Part shown: piece after piece, positions 1 to 13,164 of the stretch
Layout of the letters: each line of letters begins with the position of its first letter
How positions within the stretch are numbered: the stretch's first letter is position 1
Origin: Octopus bimaculoides
Lineage: Eukaryota
Length of the DNA: 64,000 nt
Direction of reading: 5' to 3'
Assembly (NCBI RefSeq): GCF_001194135.2
Contig: NC_068984.1
Coordinates: 123,101,818 to 123,165,817 of the forward strand
The notes under the pieces: model-generated
What the model was told of the DNA's origin: nothing
The model's input: the letters and a program-made list of their open reading frames with translations, nothing else
The model's database searches: none
Program-made: the position numbers and the translations under genes

Positions 1-74
1 TATGTTAGTTTTTACTTTAAGAGTTCCTCATAGCATGAGGCATCTATGTATAGTAATGCCCTTAATATAAATAA

Positions 75-122
<48 letters not shown>

Positions 123-761
123 GCTTTTTGGTTTAAAGCATTTGGGTCAGAAGCACATGTCCAAGCTTGATTCCACTTTGCTGCACCCTTGCTACATGAC
201 TTTAGGTGGACTTAGCCATTTGATAAATAGTAATCTGTACAGTATCGATGTACTGGAGAGTGAATTATTCAACTAAAATCCCCAAAGTCCATTTGCAAGG
301 TAAATATTTGAACTTATGATTTGCTAATCCAGTATCTCTCAGCCATTTTGCCTTCATCTGTCTCTACATGAGTATGGCCATGTGGTTAAGAAGTTCATTT
401 CACAACTATGAGGTTCTAGGCTCAGTCCTACTGTGCAACATGTGGAGACAGTATCTTCTGCTGCATTCTTTCTAGTTGACCAATACTTTACAAATAGAAT
501 TTCAGTAAACAAAAATTGTATATATGCATGTTTGTGTGTGTGTGTGTGTGTACCAAAGTATTATATTCCTTTATAAGAAGCTAACTTAACTGTTTGACAA
601 ATAGAGATCAATAAAATAAATGCCAGACTGATATCAGTACACTGGGAATCGATGTGATCAACTAAAACTCTTGAAAGTGGTGCTCCAGAATGGCAGCAGT
701 CCAGTGACTGAAATTAGTAATAGAATAAATGAATGTATTTTATGTGTGTGTGTATGTATAA

Positions 762-810
<49 letters not shown>

Positions 811-932
811 ATATGTAATCAACTATTGCACTTTGCTTATTGACCAATGGTCATGAGGTGACGATGGAAGGGAGTTCAGAAACTTGTGGTAGACCAGTCT
901 GTACTTGAACCAAGGACTGTTTTGTCTTTCAG

Positions 933-989
933 AACACACAGATTTGCCACAACAGATGTCCACTGAAGAATCACAGAGCAAGACAGAAG
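933..989 (+). CDS. Internal 57-nt exon (phase 1/1) of the unidentified + strand gene; (E)HTDLPQQMSTEESQSKTE
   Basis: Acceptor ttttgtctttcag ends at 932; donor GAAG|gtgatt at 990; open frame; phase matches the next exon at 1711. Confidence 0.6.
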
Positions 990-1235
990 GTGATTTGAAC
1001 TAGTCAATTTAATTTTATTGATATTTGTTGTTTTTTTTTCTTAGTTTTATTTTAGTTTGTTCTTTAGGGAGGTGTTTCTTTTTTTTATTCTGTTTTTGTT
1101 TGTTTTTTTAGGTGGGGTGTTTTTGTTTTTTGTTTGTTTGTTTGTTTTTGTTTTTGTTACCATATCAGTTCTATACATATATACACTTTGAAACATATAC
1201 ACACACAAACACACACACTTCAAAATTGTATGTGT

Positions 1236-1490
1236 GTCATGCTTGAGAAGACCCATCAAGTTGAGCCAAATCACAGTCATGGCAGATACTGGTGTCATGC
1301 AAATGGCACCTGTGCCAGTGGCACATAATACCACTTGTTACACTCTCAGAGTGGTTGGCATTAGGAAGGGATTCTAGCTGTGGAAAACCATGCCAAATCA
1401 GACTGGAGTCTGCTGCAGCCTTGCAGCTTACCAGCCCTGGTCAAACTGTCCAACCCATGCCAGCATGGACAACGGACATTAAATGATGAT
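1236..1490 (+). mobile_element. RTE-LINE 3' tail / SINE-like repeat ending in (gat)n
   Basis: gagtggttggcattaggaaggg...ccatgccagcatgga...ttaaatgatgat, shared with the RTE 3' end near 40170-40330. Confidence 0.8.
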
Positions 1491-1710
1491 AACCTATGAA
1501 ATGTTAATTGAAATATACAAGCGGCAAAACACACACACACACATATATATGATGGATATACATATACACATGCATGCAGACATACTTTCATTTATATACA
1601 ACATAAATACCCTTCATCATTTCAACGAAATATAAAAAGCATCAACATATTTTTTCTGAAAATATACATACATATATATATATATATAATGTATACCAAC
1701 ATAATTCCAG

Positions 1711-2169
1711 AAATTCACAGTTTTGCGGAGTCTCTCTCCAAGTCGCTTGATGATGGTGATTACGATGTCGGCGCTGCTAGTTATGATGGTGGTGCTGGTA
1801 TAGACTATGGTGGCGATGGTGCTACTTATGATGGTGGTGATGCTACTGATGATGTTGGCGATGCTACTGATGATATTGGCGATGCTACTGATGATGTTGG
1901 CGATGCTACTGATGATGTTGGTGATGCTACTGATGATGTTGGTGATGCTACTTACTATAGTGGCGATGCTAATTATGACGTTAGCAGTGCTACATATGAT
2001 AGTGGCTTAGCTAATTATGATATCGGTTATGCTACTTATGATGGCAGTGATGCTACTTATGATGGCGGTTATGCTAATGATGAGGATGGAGCTGTTGAAT
2101 ACTATGATACCACCCAAGACTTTGATGGTATTCCTCAGTCAGAGGCTGGTGTTGATGAAAATCTGAAAG
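1711..2169 (+). CDS. Internal 459-nt exon (phase 1/1), Asp/Gly/Tyr-rich, with 7-aa repeats
   Basis: Lies in ORF 1689-2240; acceptor ataattccag ends at 1710; donor AAAG|gtttgc at 2170; both boundaries are phase 1 in the ORF frame. Confidence 0.65.
1818..2090 (+). repeat. Coding 21-nt tandem repeat, 13 units; five central units are near-identical (DATDDVG)
   Basis: Units gatgctactgatgatgttggc start at 1839, 1860, 1881, 1902, 1923; diverged xA(T/N)(Y/D)DxG units flank them. Confidence 0.9.
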
Positions 2170-5100
2170 GTTTGCTAAGTTGCTACAATCCATATTTTTG
2201 CCAGGCATCAATCCACTTTTGCTGCTGGCTTGCCTGTTAAGTTGAATTTGGACAATCTAGAAGATACAATTGCCATTGGGAACCTAGTTATCAGTTTTGG
2301 ACAGATTTTTTTTTTTTTTTTTAAGTGCTTAACTAAGTGATGTAATAGCCAATAGTTCAAAACTTACTTTCTGCAATCATTGTTTTGTGCCCATGGTGGG
2401 AAAAAACTAATTTAATTTGTTCCAGTGTGTTTGAGTGAACAAGAGGGAAAGAGAAAAAGAAAGAAACCTCAAGCTACAAGACAGATGAGTAGTTCATGGT
2501 AGAAAAGAATAGCTGGATCTCAGTTGTGAAAACAGTTGTTAATCCCATCCATGGAAGCAGGATGGAATGAACATGAAACAATATTAAAAATGTTGTTATT
2601 GATACATAAAGAGGGAAGGGGCTTTAAGTACCATGCTTTATTGAATGCTTAGCTTAGCTCAAACATGTTCTTATTTAGCTTTGCTAATCATGCATAATGT
2701 TTTTTTTGTGATAAATCTGTAGACACACTCACATGCAAACATATGCACAAAACATACATATGCAAACATATACAGAATACATAGACACTGTGTGCTCTTA
2801 ACATGCACAAGCTCCTACTCCTGCAGCCAGAGTATATCATAGATTTCATCTACAAACTTTTCAAAAAATATAGTCAATGGAATTCTTATTTGACTTAGTG
2901 ATACTTATTTTTACCTCCTGATCATCATCCCCAACAATAAAAAAAAAAATTCAGTCAACCTAAACAAAGCAATCTGGCCAAATTCTAAAAGACATAGACT
3001 ACAATCTTTCTAGCTTCAGGCCTGCAAAGGCCATAAATATACTAACTTCTCCTGACTAAAATATTTAAAAATCATATAACTTCATGATATAACAATGTTA
3101 TATCACACAATGATGTTGTAATGGCTATAAACATGAAGTTCATATTGGATATTATCAAGGCCAATTTGTTGAGTTGTATATACAGCTTCTGATTTTGTAA
3201 TACACCAATGCTCTAATTTTAACTCCTAGTCAGTGTTTTCTTATATGCTTCTGGAGTAAGTCCCAAGCTTCTCAAATCAATTCATAAATATAAAACTCTT
3301 TTAAAATCTAGTTGTTTAGGATAATTTCCTATGCACCACAATCTTGTCTACGTAGGGTTACATAAATGCTTAGCACTGAGAAAATATAATTCTTTCAATG
3401 ACTGTACAGATTGTTATTTACTGAACCCTTCAGAATTTAAACCAACTTTATCCGACCCAAATATCTTACCTGTTTTATATTCAATGCTGCCAGATCAGGC
3501 TTCTCGCACATACCCTATTATGTCGTTCTAAAAATAAACAATCACATCATTGAAATCTCAAAGCTATGAGATAATACATGATTAAGTCAAAACAATGAAA
3601 TAAATAAGCTTTACATTTGACAGAGTAATCTGAATGCCTAAATGGTTAAGGAAAAAATTTTCTGATCTTTTTCTGAATCAAAAGAATCGATATAATCAGG
3701 TGCTTATTTCTAGTTTCCAAAATGTTAAGAGACTGGCCAGTCTCACCCAGAGAGGACATTTGTTTTTCACATGTAGCATTTCCTCAAAGAAACTGAACAC
3801 TTCAGCCGTACAAGCTAACAAATTGTTTCAGAACTAAATTCTTTGCTTAAGAACAGATCCAGTGCTTGTAACACGATATGAACCTCTGATTTTTCATCTG
3901 AGATCATTTTTATCTGGTGTATTTTGGCAATTCTGTATGTATATAGATTGTTGAAGTTGATGAAAATGCAGGACCAAATGAGGTGATATGACTAAATGGT
4001 CAAAGTATTGGGCAACTGTTTCATAGGTCAAAGAATTCTGCAAATGTTTGGTTGCATTTTCTTGTCCAAGCAATACGTCTTGTTATAGACAGTCTTGGAA
4101 GTATTCGTAACCACCAACATTTAGTCTATCTTAATGCTGGATAACCTTTCGTAAGTGTTCTCTACTTAAATGTTTTTTCACATCTATGTTTTCAATCACA
4201 CAATAAAAATATCCACTAGAAAGTACGACAAATGTGAAAACAAAACAAAAAAAAAAGACAACAGAATCAACCAATCAGAACAGCTGTAACATTGATAGTC
4301 CTTCCAGTTAGTTGTATAGCTTCCTTCAGTTGCTTTCACAAGTTAGACAAAGATTATTCTGCCATTGACAAAGCCTACAAATTTCAATTTTATACATTTA
4401 TATTTCTTTATTTAATACATACGTATTTTTTAAATGTTATTTTACTTTACTTATCTCTGTATTATAATTCTTTTTTTTTTTATTAAATATTTTTGTTTGT
4501 AGGACTTTTGTTGTATGTTTCAAAAACAGCTTTTAGCTATGCTTGTGTTAGAAACAAAAGATAAAAATATATATTTAAAAACTATATTAAAATTAATGAT
4601 AAAGACGATTATTATTATCATCCTAATCCATGCAATGTAATAGAAATTATCTTGCAAATAGCTTGCTTAAAATATTTTAATATTGTTGCTTCTTATCTAT
4701 CCAATGCTATATATATATATATATATATATGTGTGCATATGAATGTATGTATGTATGTACAAGTTGACATATATTGTTATATATTGTATGGTACTAATGT
4801 AATATTTGTTTTATACATCTTTATTATTGAGAAACGATAAACTGTTTACTTTATTTTCTGCTTTAGTCTTAACAAAGAAGTGCTTTTAATATCTGGTTAG
4901 AGGTGGAGAAGAGATGTGTCATAAATATAGTGGATCTTTATTTAGCTTTTCACTCATTAGAAATGGTGTCTCCTGGTTTATTGAGCTTTTTTAAAGAAAT
5001 ACATATGTGAGGGTGTGGAGGGAGAGGGAAGGAGACAAATAAAAATAGCTACATTACAAATATATACACACATATTTTGTCAAATGTATTATAATATTTG

Positions 5101-5360
5101 TGTGTGTGTGTTTGTATATATATATATATATNNNNNNNNNNNNNNNNNTATATATATACAGTAATGCCTTGAAGTATGAGTTTATATATGTATATATATA
5201 TACAAGCACATATATATACAGTAATGCCTTGAAATATGAGTTAGTTTGTTCACAGAGAAGACTTGTAAAGCAAAAACTGGTAAACAGGAAATAAAACTTG
5301 TTAAAACTTGTAAACCCGAGGTCTCGTAAAGTGAGGTATTACTGTATGTGTGTGTGAGTT

Positions 5361-5398
<38 letters not shown>

Positions 5399-6051
5399 CA
5401 GGCATGGCTCACATGGTTCTGGGTTCAGTCCTAATGTGTGACATGTTGAGCAAGTGTCTCCTACTATAGCCCTAGGCCAATCAAAATCTCGTCTGCTGAT
5501 TTGGTAGATAGATACTCTTTGAACCATTTTCTGAGGTTACATCATTCAGATAACTCACTCTTCAGTTGTTCTCAGACTATAACTACCTAAAAGTTGTATT
5601 ATATTATACTAAAACATATGTATGTATACGTACATGCATACATATGTGTCTGTATTAAATGTGTGTGTATGCATGCAATGAGCTTCTTTCTGAAGTTTCA
5701 GTCTTGGTCAATCAATTGCCAGTCACAAAGTATTTGTCAACCTGTAGCTGTAGATGAAAACCTTGCCCAAGTTACTGTGCAATGGGAAAATGTATGTATC
5801 ATATAAAGAGGGTGGCATTAGGAAGGGTATCCAGCCATAGAAACCATGCCAAAGCTGATACAAGAGATCAGTATAGACCTGAAGCTCGTTGGATCCTGTC
5901 AAATTGTCTAATCCATACCGTCATAGAAAAAAGGATGCTAAATGATGTTGATATGTAAATTATACTCACTCCCACAAATGGAATCAGTATTCTGTTGCTT
6001 AACCTTTCCTAAAAAAATAGGTTAACCAGTGGATTATGTTAGTCTTTAAAG

Positions 6052-6102
6052 ACTTCAGACAAATGTTCTCTCCAAAGCAAGATGTGAGCCCAGCATCAAC
6101 AG
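6052..6102 (+). CDS. Possible 51-nt cassette exon (phase 1/1), (D)FRQMFSPKQDVSPAST
   Basis: Weak acceptor tctttaaag, good donor ACAG|gtaatt, open in the required phase. Confidence 0.25.
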
Positions 6103-6597
6103 GTAATTGAACTGTATTTTTGCACTAAGCTGCACTTCCTCCATATTTAACAGGTAGTTGTCTTCGACAAAAAGATCTTGCATCTCATGTGCATGTGTGT
6201 GTGTTTGTGTATACAGATGGCCAACATGGAGTTGGTGCTAGTGACTTTGCCAAACTGGACAACATACAACCACCGTTCTCAAGAGTGTTCAACATGCAAC
6301 TATCTTTGCTTAGAATATTCACCAGAGTAACTTAAGTACTGAAAGACACATGCTTTTTTTTGGCCTCTTGCACATCTGTTCTCCACCTCAAAGCACCAGC
6401 AATAAAATTTCTCAGACTAACAACTGTCTCCTACCTCTATTTCTTGCCTCATCTCTTTTTCTCTCTAATAATCTCTGATGGCTGACACCTTATAATTATG
6501 TTCATGCTGCATTCATGTCTAATGTGCTCCATATATCATTTCTGTTTTTGTTCTTTTTCCCCCCCCAATCGCCTTTTATCTGCTTCCGTTTCTCAAG

Positions 6598-6658
6598 ACC
6601 GACGAGATTCCGATGTGGCGCCTGATGCCGAAACTGAGGACAGTGCCCAAGCTACCAG
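6598..6658 (+). CDS. Internal 61-nt exon (phase 1/2), (D)RRDSDVAPDAETEDSAQAT
   Basis: Long pyrimidine tract ending tttctcaag at 6597; donor CCAG|gtaaca; GC-richer than flanks; phase links the 2169 donor to the 8971 acceptor. Confidence 0.7.
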
Positions 6659-8970
6659 GTAACAGCGTTGATTGACCACACTTAGATTAGTACTTTGATG
6701 GTGGAGTTGAAGTGGGGTAGGCATCGGGCAGGGTTTGTCATCTTTGATTGTTGCTGCTGTTTCTGTGTCATATTGCTATTGCAGATATGTTTTGTTGCAA
6801 CTTTGATAGTCAGGCAAATTACTATTACTACTACTAGTACTGATGCAACACAATATTATCACTACAGCAGTATTTAGCAACACATAATACTTTACTACCA
6901 CATCAGAAGTACTATTATTACACCTTACTACTATTACAGAATTACTCAGTGTTACTCAATATCATGACACCAACACACACACACAGATAATAAATATTTT
7001 AATAAAAATGATGTCAGATATTACAAGTACTAATTTGAGATCTGTGAGACACTTTTACTTCACTTTTAATTCCAATTTTATTTTATTTTGGAAGAAGAGC
7101 TCTGTTGTAGTTTACCTTGAGAATTATAATACAGAAGTAAAATACGAAACCCACGACTGCTCTGACAAAGCAGGGTCACGGTTCTTACTGCAATCAACAT
7201 GGCAGGATCTACATAAACCTACATTTCTAAGCCATTCACTTCTAATGAAGTGCCTTTGTGTTTGAAATGTATAGAGGTTACTTAACTTTATCTTTTCACA
7301 TTTTTAGAAGTCCTGTCTTCATGTTTCTTATTCTTTTATTTTATTGATTGGTGTGATCTAGAGGAAATGATCACACCTATGAGTTTTGCAGTCCACCCCA
7401 CCCTAATGTCTTAGATCAACACAACATTCCTCTTGGACAATGGCTACAGACAGAGAAGTTCAGAGAGCTATTCTGGGAAGGAAGGGTGGGGATCTAGTGA
7501 TTAGTAAAGGGCCTGGTGGGGTAATGGAGACAATATTAGTGATAAGAGAGGAGAGATGAGTGAATCAGAAATGCCTGTGCAGAGATTGGCATGAGAGCAG
7601 CCACCTTTGAGAAGCAGAGGCCAGTATAGTGACAGTACATAGATGCACTCACACATAATCATTACTGTCAATTGCAAGTGAGTATGACTTGACAGTGTGT
7701 ATCATGCTTTTGTTAATTGTTTTAGATGCCTATGTATTCATGAGTGGACATAGACACCCTTTCTGGCCCTTTCGCCTTCAATCCAGTGGAATATCAAAAA
7801 TGTGACAGCTGGAAGGAGAGAAGGTTGCTCCAGCATAAGGCTGCTACTCATTTGCAGTTGAGTAGACTGGAGTAATGTGAAATGCAGTACCTTACTCAAG
7901 GACACAATCCACTGCCCAGTCCAGGAATTGAACTTACTACTATCTTATGATCATAAGCCCAAATCCCCCTAATCACTAGGCCACATTCCTTCACATATTT
8001 AGAGACAGTACACACACAAGTGTAGACACATTTTTAATGGAAATGAGATGAGAAGTCCCTCTCAGTTTGGACTCCTCTAGATAGGTAGAGAGACACATTT
8101 TGTTTTTGCCAGTTAATTCTTCCATATATATATACACACACACATTTAAATGTCTAATTTTGGATGCAAATGTAAACAGTTCCAGAATGGTGGCCATTAC
8201 ATCAACATTGGTGTCAAACAAGACATGGTTAATTTTAGTGTTTATTTCAGATCAATAGACAGTTGACAAAATCACTTTGATTAGAGTTAACATTGTTCTG
8301 TGGATACGTTCCTCTCCCAACTAATCTAAGAAGGGACAACCTTCCTATTTCTCAAGTCTCAAGAATTCAGCAGAAAGAATTAAAGTTGTTAAATTCTTTC
8401 AACTTGAAGACCTATTTTATTATATATTTTTTTTAATATTTACATTTCTTTTTTTTATTAAAACAAAAACATTCGTCAATTTTAGAATTGCTCCTTTTCT
8501 TTTTAACATAATTCTTTACCTGTTAATCCAGTTGCTTTGTTTCTTGTAAAATTATGCCTTTATCTTTGACAGCTGAATTATTTCTATTATCATTTGCAAG
8601 ACAAAAGTTTTGCTGTCTGCATGTCTGCAAAGCCAGTTGCTCCTTTAAATAATCATACGACAATATGGCTCTGAAATTTAGCATGGAAGTTACTAACCAG
8701 CATAATTTTTAATTTTTTTTGTTCTTTAAATGGTTTAATATTTTTATAAAATCTCTATCAGCTTAAGTTATTTGGATATTTGGTTAAACCGAAAGAAACT
8801 TACATGAGGAAAATAGCATTTAGCCAATGTTGAACTGGAAATTCCTAGACAGGCAATTTATTTATTCAACTGAAATTAACCATACATGCAATTTCGTCAC
8901 ATCTTTTACTTCTTGCTATCCTCTGCTTCGTTTGGGTTTTAAATTATGTTCTTCTTTCTCCTGCTACTAG

Positions 8971-9172
8971 CCTAATGATGAAGAAAGAAATTCACAAAAA
9001 GACATACATGCGAGACGGACGAGAAGAAACATTTATTCAAGAAGAGTCTCGTGTGGAACAACAGAATGAAACACCAGAAGAATTGCGTGAAAGCATGCAG
9101 CAAATTATTGACCAGTTTATGCAAACTCCAAGTGAATTTGACCAACGACAGTGTCTGGAAGACGATGTCTAG
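8971..9172 (+). CDS. Terminal coding exon, (S)LMMKKEIHKKTYMRDGREETFIQEESRVEQQNETPEELRESMQQIIDQFMQTPSEFDQRQCLEDDV*
   Basis: Acceptor cttctttctcctgctactag ends at 8970; phase-2 entry gives exactly the frame of ORF 8975-9172; TAG stop. Product not identified. Confidence 0.7.
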
Positions 9173-9513
9173 CTTCCAGTACTGTTGTCTTCTAGCAATT
9201 TACTCCATCCTTAAAAATAAAAACATCTTCCCCTACCCTCCTCTCTCATATCAATGAAGACATCTCTGGATCTCCTTAATACCCACCCCATCTCCATCTA
9301 TCTATCTCTGCTGCTTTGACTGCAAAAATCTTTGCAAACTTCCAACATGCTTTGTGCATCATTCCAAGTTAAGTGCAAATCCTCTTTTCTCTCTCTCCCT
9401 CCCAATTTTTCTCTACATTATTCTTATTTTCATTTTAACAATTGTTTGTTTTGTTTGATATCATCTGAAATCCTTCTTCCTTAAACCCCCACAAAACTGT
9501 CTCATTTTAGTTA

Positions 9514-9557
<44 letters not shown>

Positions 9558-11917
9558 TAATTTTTGTTTTGATGATTGTTTTTGCTCTCGCAGAAACATC
9601 TATATATATTAGAGCAATGATTTTTTTTTTTAACCTATCTGATAATTTGAAATTTTAAAGAATTGTGTAAGTTTTGCTAACCATTTTGTTCTTCTTTTGT
9701 CTGAAAACTCTTGACAATATTTATTTATATCTGAATTCTTTCTTGCCTTAGTTTACCCAAGTGTATTGGGGATTTCTTTAAAAGGAACTCGAATCTCAAA
9801 GCTTCCCACTCTCTAGTTCTCTTAACTCACTTGGAAGGAAAACTCTGAATATTTAAAACTTAATGTCCATTGATAATTAATGACTTTCTTCTAAGATGTC
9901 TAAGATATGCTTGGAATTAAAGAGACTTTCTGTCCATCACTAAAGGACCTTAACAGTCCTTACTAGGAAAATAAGTGACCTTTACTTAATTCAAATGACC
10001 TGAACTAGTGTGTTTTTTTGTTTTTACTTTTTAAATTCCTAAACAGCTGGTTTAATCCATTACAAATACAAAATAACTTTGTTGTTAATGTAATTTTCGA
10101 AAGATATTTTAATTTTTTTTCTTAATGGAAAACAAAAAACAACAAAACCTCTTATAGTTCTCTTCATATTTGCAATAATTAATATGATGTTTGACGAGGA
10201 ATATAGGTGTAAATTATATAAATTTTGTAAAACCTTAAAACTGATAACTTTTCTACTTGAAACAATAGCAGCCTATTTTAAACCCTGCTGCAATGTGACC
10301 TTATCTGTGACCTTACTCTCATTCCAAGATTTCCCTTGACAAAAACAAAAAAAATAATTATAATACAAACCCTATTTAAATCTGAAAATTTTTCGTGTAA
10401 CCCTGACATACAAGAAAACTCCTGATACAAAGACAATATTTCCTAAGAAGTTTAAACAACAAAATTTTACAAACAATAGACAAAAGAAAATGACAGAACT
10501 GTTTCAGCGACCTAATCTAAAAGCCAACACTACTGTAAAAGTTCATGAAAGTCAAGAAAGTGGCCAGAAGGAACTGAAGAAGACAGGTACAGTGAGAAGC
10601 CCCTTAGCTGTATAAAACATCTTCTAATTTCCTTACTGGAACATTCTCTTGCAGCATTATATATATTAATGTTGTTTAAGTAAAATATTAATATGCTACA
10701 CACTTCTCTATTTCCTCCATCACTGGCTTTTCAACATTTTCTGATATCAGCCATTATCCAGAACACGGCTTGCTCTTCTACTCAGGCCAATCTCTTTGAT
10801 AATATAGATAAGAGAAGTATTTCAAGATATATGAATACAAAAACTGAAAAAGAATATCTAATATCTAATACTACTAATAATACTAAATACTTTTACAGTT
10901 AGTTGCTCTATTTGTATGGATGTATGTATGCATGTGTGTGTGTCTGCAAATGTATGTTAAACAGTTCTGAATTTTGAACAAGAAAATAACTACAACAGCA
11001 AACACAACAATCACAACAATGAATCCACGCTCTGTATGCTAACTAAACTATGCTACCTTGAGTCAATATTTTGATGCACTCATTATTTAGTGTTTCGCTT
11101 TAACAGCTGCTTAACAGTTTTCTATTTAATATTATATCTGTTTCACTACAGTACCAAACTGTTCAAAGAAACAATAATATATATCTAAAGAAACAGAATA
11201 ATTAATATATCAACAATTCCTAAATGCAATCAAATTTTCAAAATAAGGCCCTAATTTGCTTACAATATAAGCTATATCTTTTTTCAGCTAAGCTATTTTC
11301 CCTGCCCATTTCTCTTTGTTTACTTCAGACCTGCCTAATGTCACTTATGCTTATTGTAATAATCTCAAGCTATCTTTATAGACATACTCCTCTTTCTCTT
11401 CTCCCCCTTTCTCTCTCTCTCTCTCTCTCTGGGACTGCAAACTTTCTAATGCACTCTGGGAATAAAGGCTCTGTATTTTCTCACTCTTAATTACTAGGTT
11501 TGTAATGTTTGTGGAGATGTGAATTTTTTCTTGTCAAAAAGAAATAATATTAATAATGATAAAAAAATATTAATAAAAATAAAAACAGCTTCCATAAGTC
11601 TCACCATGTTGTTGTTGTTGTTTATCTTTTTTAAAAGAATCATTATTAGAATTGTTGCAATTTTGGGCTTGTGCCCTACTACTAATTCACAGACATGAAC
11701 ATATGGAAACAGTTTGCTCAGTAATTGTGTGGTTTCATGTTCTCTCTAACTGTAGTACCTTAGACAAGTGTCAACTTGGCCTTGGGTAGAACTGTGCTTT
11801 GTGAGTGGAATATTTATGTTTGTCTGACGTTGTGCATATGTATCTACATAATTCCTGTTGTTCCACGTCTTCATATGTCACTGCCTGAGCCAAAAAACAG
11901 TTATATTCCTTACAGAC

Positions 11918-12083
11918 TGTTGTGTCGACGCCCCCCAGGCGAAGAAGTAGGATCTCCCAAGACATATAAAAAGAGGTAGTCTGGCCGTGGTAGGTGTGTT
12001 GAGTAGCAGTCGAGTAGCAGTTGTGTAGCGGTTGAGCAGAGATCATCCGAAGGTGCTAGATAGCAGTAGCTTGAGACATAACA
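11918..12083. mobile_element. Solo LTR (166 bp), BEL/Pao- or Gypsy-like
   Basis: Termini TGTTGTGTC...GACATAACA; 5-bp direct repeat CAGAC at 11913-11917 and 12084-12088; internal TATA-like catataaaa near 11963. Confidence 0.7.
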
Positions 12084-13164
12084 CAGACAATACCTCCAGT
12101 CTCTCTGCACATTTGAATACCGGTTGAATTTTTTAAAAAATACTATACTTGTAAAACAGACAAGGGTTGGCAGTAAGAAGGACATCCAGCCACAAATTTT
12201 TGCTGCAAAAAATGTTTCTGCTCAACTCATACTAGCTTTGAAAAACAAAATAAATGAACACACATCATCATATTTCAATACCCATTTTTCCATGCTTACA
12301 CTGATCAGAAAAATTTCATGAAGGCAAATACTTCTCACTTGCAATTTGAATTCATTTCAGAAGTGACACAAGTATATGACACTGATGAGCAGAAATTACT
12401 GCAAAATATCCATGTCATTCTCGTTCACTTCCAGAGCAGTTTTCATTTTGCCTAGCTTTGACATAAACAGTGTTCTTAACATTCTCTTAGATGAAATACC
12501 TTAACTACAACTGTTTAACACACATAAATATGTGATGCTGGTAGTGTTTTTATTAAGCTGAAGATTATACAGCTAGATGCCCTTCCTGTCACCAAACCTT
12601 GTTCGTTTCCAAGCAACTTACATTTTCCAATAGTCTTTTAAGCACAACATAATTACTGGGCATATCTTCATGGAAAATTGCAAATGAATTGCACCACTTG
12701 TATGACAGTGATATCTGTTCACAACTAGCATATTATGTCAAGACAAGTAGACACACACATGCATGTTTATATATCATCATCAATTAACATCCACTCTCCA
12801 TACTGGCATGAGTTGGACGGTTTGACATTGAGCTATCCAAACTCCATCTATCTGTTGTGGCATTGTTTCACTTAGCAGTGTGCTTTTTACATACCGACTC
12901 AATACAAATGTAGAGTATTCTTTAGTACATTATAACTGAAAGGCTCTGACTTTCAATATTCAGATTTTCTGGTTTCCGGTCATCAAGCATTACCTTCAGA
13001 CTTCCATTAATTATTTCATAAAATATTTAGACAGTGGCTATTAAGAAAACAATAATTACAGTAAAATCAGTATTCTATGTTTGAAGAGAAGTAGAAATGA
13101 CTTATCAGAAAAAAAACAGTGCAGAAAGAACAGAGCTCAAAGAAGTCATGTTATGTTGCCTATG

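Noticed and set aside
3947-3982. Exon-like IVEVDENAGPNE between ag and gt
   Set aside because: Open only in phase 0/0; the surrounding introns are phase 1, where it has a stop.
10364-10615. Stop-free frame ending ...RPNLKANTTVKVHESQESGQKELKKT with a donor-like site
   Set aside because: No pyrimidine-tract acceptor, lies after the terminal stop, no recognisable homology.
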